A stretch of DNA of 56,576 bases, the filler included, from Sphacelaria rigidula (taxonomy: Eukaryota): assembly GCA_964200075.2 (NCBI GenBank). It is 7 parts of 7 records of this genome, joined end to end, with 100 filler letters (N's around TTAATTAATTAA, not from the genome) between each part and the next. Parts side by side here need not be neighbours in the genome. Positions count along the whole stretch, not along the records: positions 40,485 to 48,480 come from CAXNAA020012707.1; positions 48,581 to 56,576 come from CAXNAA020012708.1; 5 more parts are not named here. One strand, written 5' to 3'. Both the position numbers and the translations under genes were made by a program. Below the pieces are notes generated by a model, which saw only the letters and a program-made list of their open reading frames with translations, was not told the DNA's origin and searched no databases. Below, one piece after another: positions 47,011 through 56,576 of the stretch (its first letter is position 1; every line of letters starts with the position of its first letter).

Positions 47011-48837
47011 GTGACAAAACTTGGGTGAACACGGAAATTGATGAACTCGTCATTCCCTTTCTGCTTCTGATTTTGCCCTTGGTCGGTGATCTTGCAGTGT
47101 TCCCTAGTTGTGCGTTTGTATCTGCTCTACTGTACGGTGTCCTTTGGCTTCATCACTTTTACAGTGCCCTTTTCCCTGTTCTCTCCTTCCTTCCTCATAT
47201 CTCTCTATGCGTGTCTCTCCTCCTGGTTCGCTCCCGAGGGCTCGTGGGTGAGAGCTCGTATCCAAGATAGTGTGATCGAATTAGCTGACCTGCAATGTGT
47301 TTCCACGGCTTTTCGTCTTCGCTTGGGTATGAGTAATCGTGGACGCAGGTTGCCCAAGATGTGTCCAAATGGTCTCGAGTTGTAGAGGAGGGGGCTGATT
47401 TGTATATGACAGCGCGGACCAAAGCACGCCAAGCTAAGGAGTTGTTCGACGTACTGCCTCTCGAGCTCCCCCAGTGCCGACCGAGGGCGTCCAAAAAGTA
47501 ACCTGTGGTTCATTCGGGCAGTACACTCGCTGCCGCCGTTCTCCGAACAGCTGTGGTAGTCGTATATGAGGGTGCCTGGGGTTGCTTTTCTATTTTTGAG
47601 TTGAGCCCGAACATGGTGGCCATACTAATCTCCTTGTGTCACCTGTCTTTCCCTGTTGTGTCCTCTGTTATCTTCGCTCTTCCTTTCTTTCGGTGTACAT
47701 TTTTGACAGATCTGGAATTTGTTGTTCGTGTGTTTGTTTGTTTTTCTTTCTTCCTTTCATCTCCCCGTTGAATTCGGGGGAGCTACTTCTCACCGGTTTT
47801 CGTAGCGTCTCTTTTCCTATTTTAATTTTTTTGGCAAGGTGTCTTGTGTAAGAAATAGCAGGAAACGGTATTGGAAAGGCGAGCCTACGTCTGTGACCAC
47901 GGGTTCGCAAGATCGGACTAATGTGCGGAAATAATGATAATCATAATAAAAAATGAGTGCATGTGCTACAGCGCGAGACCTCTTCCACCTGAAGCCATGT
48001 TGCAAGACCGGCAATTTTCATGGGGGTGTACTCATGACCTTGCATGCCGTGGTCATGATACCATTGACCTCGCATTCCTACAAAGCCGGGACGGAGCACG
48101 CGGGATTGTCGCCGGAGCAGGCTCGCAGTCACCAAGCGCGAAGCGCCGTGATGTGTTCGGCGAGTCGCCAAGATTGTTCGATCCGTACTGATTATCTCGC
48201 ATTTGCAGTGTTATTCCTTTTCAATAATATGAAGGCTATGTTTTGGAAAATTAGACACCAAGAAAATCCGCACCTCGCTTGTGACGACGCCGAAACGTGG
48301 AGGATGTGTTGATTAGTACTACAGCAAGGTGTCGGAGCCGCAGCCGTGTCTGCACAAGGCGCTGAGGGCCCGGTCTGCATTGAAACGGTGGATATCATTC
48401 TCACAAGGCGTGCTCCGTCCCGGCTTTGTAGGGGCGGACCCCCGATGGGGTTGGCGTCGCTTGGCGATGACGCTGTAAAANNNNNNNNNNNNNNNNNNNN
48501 NNNNNNNNNNNNNNNNNNNNNNNNTTAATTAATTAANNNNNNNNNNNNNNNNNNNNNNNNNNNNNNNNNNNNNNNNNNNNGCATGATCAGCAGTACACCC
48601 CCCCCCCCCCCCCCCGGATTAGCCGTACTCCACTATAGGTTTTCGTCGTTGCTCACCACTGTATACTTTCGCCGTGTGTTCTCCTGCCTCCTTTTTTCTT
48701 ACCTCACCTTACCCTTTCGCCGTGTCACATTGTGCCTCTTCCGCCATATGTCACTTCACTTTTTCCCTGTTATCAAGTTACATCCCTTTCGCCCTAACCT
48801 AACTGTACCACTTTTGTCTTCACCTTTTTCGTTGCAG

Positions 48838-51800
48838 GTGGCAAGAGGCGCTCGACCTGGAGGCCGACATGCGCAAACACGGCGTCAGCCCTAACGCCTA
48901 TACGGTAACGTCCTGCATTAGCGCTCTGGCAAATGCCGGAGAGTGGCAGAGGGCAGTGAAGGTGCGTCCAATGTTGGATATTCATCGTTGCGGGCGATAG
49001 ACACTCTTTCCAAAACATACCGCCGGGTGACCTCCAACTCCGGTATCATTGACACTGTGTTGTCGTTTTATCTATTCTGGACGCCGGTCCACAGCTCTCG
49101 GTATATGGTATATGTGGGCGCACCAGTCGGGTTCACACAGCAGGAAAGGCAGCGCAGGAGTTTTTTCTTCTTTGATCTATTCTTCAGTTCTCCACCTTCC
49201 TCCTGCGGTGCTTGCTTTCGTTTTTTATCGCGAGAGGGGTTTAGCAGTCCTTTTCCCTCGTCGACCACTCAGTCTAATTTCGTGTACCCATGACATGGTC
49301 GCTCTCCACTGTTAGGGCATTGTGCGAGAAAAAATCCCAGATCGCTCCGAGATTTGAACCCAAGACCCAACCGTCAGAAGGTCTCGAGGCTACCAACTGA
49401 GCCACCGGGGCGACCGGTCAGCTACAGTAGAACAGTTCCTCCCTGGCGAGCATCACTCCCAATGACAACGAAACGTGTACTCCGTGAACTCCTGACCGGC
49501 CCCTGACGTACTCGTTTCATCTGGCCGAACCAAAGCAGTCATTTTTCATTTCCAACCAGTTGAAGCCGGTCGCCCCGGTGGCTCAGTTGGTGACCCCGAA
49601 GCCTTCCGAAGGTTGGGTCGTGGGTTCAACTCTCGGAGCGATCTGAGATTTTTTCTCTCAATGCCCAACAGTGGAGAGCGACTATGTCGTGGGCACACAA
49701 AAACCTAGTTGATGATTGACGAAGGAAAGGGACTGCTGAGCCCCTCTCGCGATAAAAAAGAAAAGCAAGCACCGCAGAAGGAAGGTGTAGAACTAAGACA
49801 AGACAAAAGGAAAAAACTCCTGTGTTAACGTTTTTCCTCTGTGACCCCGGCTGGTGCGCCCACACATACTGAAAGGTGTAGACCGGCGCCCAGAAGAGAT
49901 GGGACGACAACACACACAACACACACATAGTCAGTGTTCGATCCAGGGTAGACGTTGAGTATATGGCGCCCAAAGGTTAAGACAAGTGTCGAAGATCGAC
50001 GAAATAATTTGGTTGGGTGGAATGCTGGAAACAAAAGACAAGAAAAAGGACGATACCGAGTTTTTTCTTGATATTCTAGAACAATAGACGATACGCACGA
50101 TACTCGATCTCCATTCGATGTTCCGCCGCTTTGGTATCGGTCAGAGTTTGCAATTGAGCGTTAAACAAAGAAACAACAGTACGGTAGATGGTAGATGGAC
50201 TAAAATAGTGCGGGTTTCAGTATACCATGAGAATCTACCACAACAGTGCGCTTCAGCAACGCGCTCAAACAGCAGTTTCCGTGTCTGTTCATGAAAATGC
50301 TTGTGGTCTGATGAATCGATTAGAGCTACGTAGTTGTTACACGCAAGGCGGCATTTGGTACTTTCGCGTACGCTTCTCCTACGGCAGAAATGATATTACT
50401 ACGTGTAGCGGAGATGAGATACTAGACCGGGTTGCACATCTCGCGGTTGCTCTACCGCAATGCTCCTTCCTTCCTGCACCTACGATGTGCGCATTCTGCG
50501 CAAAAGTCACCGCACACCCCGAGACAAATTGGTGCGATCGCTGTAATTACTCGTTTAGGTGATATACGGGACCGTTGTAGTTCCCATCGAAGGATACTCG
50601 GTACTCAGGCACAGTGTTGCCCACCACGGCGTGCTGTGTGGTGTGTACTGTAGTGTGTCGTGTGATATGTGAGGTGCGGTGTGTGGGGTATGGGGTGGGG
50701 TTTTGTAAGTTGAGCGCACTGTTGTGAGAGCTGAGAGATATGGGTAAAGTTCAGAACATAGGAGGCCCCGGGGTAGCTGGAATGACCGTCCCGCACACTT
50801 GATGGAAAATGACGCAAAATGTCGAAAATGATCGAGAATTTGAAACTCGATACTCGATACTGATTCAAATCGACAAATATAGTATCAATTTTTCAGCTGG
50901 CGATTTCGATGCGCGGAGTCGCCGATTCTAAATCGTAATGTTTTTTGCAATGCCACACCGATCTCTGATCTTCAAGACTGGTTGAGACCCACTGGTCGAC
51001 CAGTCGTCTTAACGTCTTGAACCGTCACCATATCGTGTTGACTTCGCTTGACCAATGACTTCTCAGACCAAGGTTTCCATGTGTGGTCGCTCAGAGCATC
51101 GACTCCCTGACCGCGGGTATCCGTCGTCTGGATCTTACATTATTCATTTTCAGGTAAAAGTTATGCCGACTCAAGACTCGACCCACCTTCCGCGAGGGTG
51201 GGGCACCTGTGTCCTACATTTTTTACGGTGATGGTGATGCCGACGCATCGCCTGGTTCACCCTTGTGGCACAAGAGTTTCGAGTTTGGTATCGCTGTAGT
51301 GTTGTATTTCGAGTCGTTGAGGTTCAGGGATTGCTCCATAATTATGATCGTCATGTCAACCATGATTGAAGCGGTAGCTCATTGCTGTAACCGCTGTCTT
51401 CGTACTTCTCCTTTGCTGGTATTCTATGTCTGACCATCATCATCCTGGGGAACCACAACAGAAGCTCAAGTCAGCGGAAGCCCAAGACCTACCTGTCTCC
51501 ACGCCGGCTTACAACGCAGCCCTCAACGCTTTCGCGACGGCCAAAGCGCTTGAGCCCGGTCTGGAGTTCTTGCGAATCATGAAGGCAAAGGGGCGCGTGC
51601 CTCTGGACGAACAGACGCACAACACCGGCATAGAGCTCTGCAAGGAGTGCGGAGAGACAGAAATGGCGGTGGCTATGCTCGAGCAAATGAAGGCCGACGG
51701 GGTGAGTGCTCCGACGGTTGTTTTTGGTGTTGCGTTTCGTTCGTTTCGTCACTTCCACTCCTCGGGACGCGTGGGCAATCTCAAGGGATACATGTAGGCA

Positions 51801-53692
51801 ACGCTCTATGCTGCTGGTACGTAGGATACCACCCCGTATCCCCACCCTAGATGCCACTTGCGGGTGATGGGTTTCAGGTTTTCGAGAGCATCATCACCTG
51901 GGGTTACTCTAGAACGCCGTCTAGGGGGTAGTCAACCTGTCTCTCCCCCGTGGTCTGATTTGCCTTGCACTTCGTTAAGATCGAGCATCGAACCGACCAT
52001 TGTTTCATGGCTTTCAGCATTCCCGTAGCCCGCTGACTCTCGCCATATGTTTACTTGGTACTATTTTCCCCCACACAAGCGTATACACAGACCGCCGTAG
52101 GTTCACCCGTATCCCTTCCACGGGATGAAGATGTAGTCTCAAGGGATTAGGCGTGTTCTCCCGCGGCATCTGGCTGGCATTCGGTACTCGAGAGTTGAAT
52201 CAGCACTAAATGTTTCTGTTGAATCAGCACTGACTTCAACTGACCGATGGAGAGCAGATTCTGCTCAAAATTATCCAGCATAGGGGAATTCGAATCCGCA
52301 ACGTGTCGTCTAAGGTGGCCGTTGATGCATAACTTGGACCACAGGATCGCAGCGACATGTATACATACACACACATATATATATATATATATATATGTGT
52401 GTGTACAGGTCGCCGTGCTCTGGTGGTTCGAGGGTTTGGACATTTGAGTGGAGCTGTCTGTCACCATTTGGGTGGAGAGAAACACGAGTTAGATTCCCGA
52501 TGCATTGTTTTGTTTCCCTCGAAGTATCTGATTTCCACCGTCGAACGCGTGAGCACGTGAGTATGCAAAAAGTAGTTGACTGAGTCTGTTCGACGAGAGT
52601 TGACGCGGTGAGGGAGTGCTGGCCCAATCTGCGAGACCTAAGGGCAAGGCGTGTGCCGGGGAGAGATGGGTTGATTCGCTGAGACCACGGACTCGTCCTG
52701 AGGAAGGGTAGGAGTTCAATTGCGACAAGAAAAATAAAGGTATCCTTACGGACTAGTTGCAAAGCAGTAAAGGTTTCCATTCCGTATGATGACGTGTGAA
52801 GGAACAGTCCCGGAATCTATCAGTTGATTTTAGTGCGAACACCGGTATCCGGATCTCTATTGGCGCCGATATTCCCAACTGATCCTAGCTTGCGCATAAC
52901 ACGTTTTTTCTCACGCCTGCACCACCCATTTTAGGTCACCAACGCACACTTTGCCCAGGATACCCTTGGCACCGCATTTGCCCGAGGGTTCGTGGTATGC
53001 CTTGGATTAGGATTGTCCCTTAGACAGTGGGGGGTAGGATATCTCTTGGATCAGCATCAGTCTCACTTGAAAATGTGTGCATGATTGAGGTAGACTACAC
53101 TCGCGGTAGGTTATAATTAGCGCCATTTCAGAACCACAAGTTTCCGGGAAACGTTCTCCAAAGGGGTCATTCTGCGGAGTGGAAAACCGAGCTCTTTCGA
53201 AGGAGGAATCGTCCGCGCCCTGTCAAATGCGCCACTCTTTCCTCGCAGCCTACTGACCCTTTAACGGGAGTAAAGCGGTAGGAGGACTGTTCGGCGAGTG
53301 AACGTTGGCTCTCAAGATCGCGTCAAGTCAGTCACAAGGTTGTCTGGTTTTGGAAAAGGGCGACAAGCAGACAGTGCACGTTTCTCTTATATTGTTCATT
53401 CGTGTGATCCTCAAAACTCGTTGATATCTTCACCCTCCCCTGCCTATTGTGCACATGAACCTTTTACCATTGTTGGCAGTTCCCACCTAGCACGGTGAGC
53501 TACAATACGGTTCTAGGTGCATGCCAGGCGACAGGGGATATAGATCGAGCTCTTGGTGTGCTGGAAGAAATGAAGAGCAGCGGTCGACGTTTTTCTGCTC
53601 CCAACGTGTGGAGCTACAACGTAGTGCTGGCCACGTGTGCGGGCGCTGGAGAGTGGTCCACGGTGGAGCGGCTTCTGCGAGAGATGGACACG
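48838..53692 (+). CDS. Pentatricopeptide-repeat (PPR) protein; internal exons 48838-48961, 51462-51701 and 53480-53692
   Basis: PPR motifs WQEALDLEADMRKHGVSPNAYTVTSCISALANAGEW, AYNAALNAFA and VSYNTVLGACQATGDIDRALGVLEEMKSSG...PNVWSYNVVLATC. Junctions are phase-compatible CAG|...|GT. Start and stop were not found. Confidence 0.9.
49050..49417 (-). mobile_element. tRNA-derived SINE, copy A
   Basis: Head CCGGTCGCCCCGGTGGCTCAGTTGG (A box) ... GGGTTCAAATCTC (B box), with a ~300-bp body shared with copy B. Confidence 0.8.
49566..49930 (+). mobile_element. tRNA-derived SINE, copy B
   Basis: A box TGGCTCAGTTGG, B box GGTTCAACTC and a CA-rich tail ACAACACACACAACACACAC. Confidence 0.8.
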
Positions 53693-55904
53693 GTGTTTGG
53701 CAAGCGTCAAGGTGCCCGTTTTGATTCTGATTTTTATTTCTGACGTTTCTTGTCTGTGGAACGATCGATTCGGTGCATGGTTGGTAGGTGGGCTGGTTGA
53801 ATGGTCGATTTGTCGACTGCTTCATTGGCTGCTTGATTGATTCATGGATTGGCTGATTGATGGATTGATGGATTGTCGCACATTTATTTATTCGTTACGA
53901 ATCCACTCGAGGTCATGAGATGGACGTATCCAGTACAAAAGAGACACAAAGCATTCGTCATTGTATTTTTAAGGGCACTTCAAGCTCGCGCAGGAGAAGG
54001 ACGAAAAAACCCCCGGAATAATAACCATGTGTCGTCAGCAAATACAGGGTTATGTCCGCAATGATTGTTTGGTGGATTAACCAACCAAGGCATGGATGCA
54101 TTATTTTTGTTTTTTTCTGCACCGGCCCTTCTCCCAGTGTAGGCCGTTTCAACGTAGACGAAGTCTTCCGCAAGGGTAGATCTCGCACGAACGGCAGGCA
54201 GAACAGACCATAGCTGAACGGAACGGAACGGGACGGAACCATCAAGTTATTGATGCCGCATACCCCCCCTCTTCCAGAAAGTCAATGGTCAGACGACTAA
54301 GGCAAGCAACAAATGAGTACGCCCCCCCTCTTCCATAAGAGTGGATGATCTGAGGAGGGAAAATATATGTGCAAATCGAAATGACCAAAGCCGAGCACAC
54401 CGAGTAGCTGGGAGCTCCCGCGCTTGGGATAGTATTCCGCAGTGTCGTCCATAGGAGGTGGTTTATGCAGTCTGAAACTAGCTATTATGCCCTGCGTGGC
54501 CGTTTCCCTGGTGGCAGATTTGGGGCTGGTTGAGGGGGCGCTATCGCGGCATAATTCAGGTATATTGTCGTCAGTTTTTCCGGGTTGGTCACCCCTCACT
54601 GGAACACGTTCTAAGACGACCTGTGCTGTTGTGTCGATTTACTGAGCACGAGGAAGCTTTCCGTGGCTGCATTCGCTTGCTGTTCCCGAACGCTCGACGC
54701 TGACGTCGAAGTTCAACAGTGATGGCATTACCAGGTTCTCGTGTGTGAAGCACGCATGGCATAGCGCTGATTTAGACCTATCCCACGTGTGGAAGATATC
54801 CAGCCTGAAGCGTGTTTCATGGCGAGTATCATCAGACATCAATGAACACACACACACGTGCCGTTAACGCCAACCTACGCTTGGGAGCTTGAGAGCACAC
54901 TCCAGTTTACTCCTATTCGGGCAAATTTGTGTAGCTGCAGGTATGTGTGAAAACCCCTCCGAAGCGACGTGATCGTTAGCCCTTTGAATGGGAAGTGGAT
55001 GCTTGTAGCGTGTTATGGTCACCGCGCAGATCGGAATCACACACGGTTCAGAGGACACTGAGTGGTTGTCGTTCGACGATCCACCCGCTACGCAACACAG
55101 CGGTATTTTGCAAGATGGACGAATCCAACGTAAACGTGCGGGATAAAGCTGGGTTTCGAGGAAGGGCTTGAGTAACGAAGAAACGACAGAGGATACTTGA
55201 AACATGGCAAAAACTACTTCGTAAAATAAGAGGTGAACAAATACACAAATAAAAAAAAAAATCGCAGTAAAGGTGAGGAGCAAAAACGCCAACGGAAGGC
55301 GCTCAATGTGTGTGCGAAGGATGACTTCACGGGTTTGATGGAAGGCGAAAATAGCTGTGATATATTCTTATCGTCACTATATGTGAATTGGATCTGTACC
55401 GAACATTGCATTCTGATCGGTGCACACGGCTATGATATCTGTTCCATGAACAGTATGCAATTTCGTCATATATGGAACATGGAGTTGTCTTGTGCGTTGT
55501 ACATCCACGTAGTTTTGCTCCCCACCAATATTCGCTGCGTTTGTCACGATCCTCCGCCGGTGATTATCTCCGGCGCACTTGAAAAAAATAAGCAGATAAA
55601 AGCAGTAAGAGGCTACGGCGTCCATCGCAGGGTGGTGAAGACATGGACGAGCTGTATGAAGCGGCAGTCGAAGCACGGACGGAAGCTTTGGTGAATGCGG
55701 CGAGACCCACCGTTGGAAAGAGCAGGTTTGTCACGGGTGCACGGTTGAGGCCCCCCCCCCCCCCCGAGTTGTACCGTGGCTCAATCCCATCCTTTATACT
55801 GACTCTAATAATGTACGTGTGGACGGTTGATTTTTTCCCCGAGTTGTACGGTCGCTCAATCCCGTCCTTCGCACCGACTCTAATGATGTACGTTTGAACG
55901 ATTG

Positions 55905-56576
55905 ATTTCCCGCCACCGACGGCGAAACAGGACGGGGATACGATATGTTGAAGGTTTTTGTGCGATGTATGGAAGAAACGAATTGAGCGCCGGAATGCTA
56001 AAGATGCAGTAGCGGCTACGGTTTAAGAGAGGGCCGAGACAATCCAATTTCTCTCTCAAATCCGGCTTTTTCTTGTACCGTATTGGCTACGGTGTAAGAG
56101 AATGTTATCTTGAACCAAATTTCATTTCAAGAGAATATTCTCTTATACCGTAGTCGATACAAAAAAGCCGTCAGAGATGGACGCTCTCATCCCAACTATA
56201 TGCCGTAATAGGTCAAGGAGAGTGTATCATTCATGTCACGTAAGGCAGCAAGCGTTAGCGTCTTGGGCTACCTCCAAGCACCGCTCATTCTCTTGGTTGG
56301 CGAGCATGGTGTCTGCAGCTGTGTCTGATACCCGCGTGGTTTCCAGAAGGTTCGATTTAAGAGAAAATCTCGGAAATACGAGGGATTCCCTCTTGAATCG
56401 ATTTTGGTCGAGACAAGTCAGTTTCACTCTCTTAAATTCGTGCTTTCTCTCGAATAAGTTCTCTTGAACCGTAGCCGCTACTGTGTCTCTATTAGGAGTA
56501 GGAATGGTGCTCCGTCTCGAAAGGGATGCGTGGTCAATGGTGAAATGACTGAGGCAAGCAACAAATGAGTACCTCC
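55905..56576 (+). mobile_element. Probable non-LTR retrotransposon 3' end interrupted by a TIR element (56008-56483)
   Basis: The reading TAKQDGDTIC*RFLCDVWKKRIERRN resumes as VSIRSRNGAPSRKGCVVNGEMTEASNK* after the insert. The same terminus GGCAAGCAACAAATGAGTAC occurs at ~54300. The insert has TIR CAGTAGCGGCTACGGTT / AACCGTAGCCGCTACTG. Confidence 0.6.

Noticed and set aside
47289-47513. Candidate first exon of the OTU gene (CAG|GTCAG donor near 47290)
   Set aside because: A phase-0 join is possible, but no clear start or homology supports it.
49566-49640. Functional tRNA gene
   Set aside because: A and B boxes are present, but there is no convincing cloverleaf, and it continues into a shared SINE body.
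42600-53692. OTU and PPR genes as a divergent pair
   Set aside because: They lie on different contigs (linker at 48481-48580).

Overview
Eukaryotic, transposon-rich DNA, most likely from a brown alga (Phaeophyceae). This is inferred from EsV-1-7 cysteine-repeat genes, long TE-filled GT-AG introns and TTAGGG-like tracts. The window is not one locus. It is seven contigs of 7997, 7997, 7997, 7997, 7996, 7996 and 7996 bp joined by 100-bp N/TTAATTAATTAA linkers, which looks like a size-sorted pool of unplaced contigs, so adjacency across linkers means nothing. Host genes: two large genes encoding tandem arrays of a 38-aa C-x4-C-x16-C-x2-H (EsV-1-7) module (13 and 15 complete repeats), three exons of an OTU-family deubiquitinase whose catalytic domain is split by a ~350-aa low-complexity insert, three exons of a PPR protein, and the last exon of a GFAT/GlmS. 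The rest is two internally deleted Ty3/gypsy-like retroelements, LINE relics, a head-to-head tRNA-derived SINE pair and many MITE families. The best candidate for an undescribed system is the EsV-1-7 arrays. They combine an invariant CCCH scaffold, a few variable positions, block-wise repeat shuffling and a tail with basic patches and two conserved SUMO-consensus motifs. This architecture suggests a modular recognition code like those of TALEs or zinc-finger arrays, but that function is a hypothesis.
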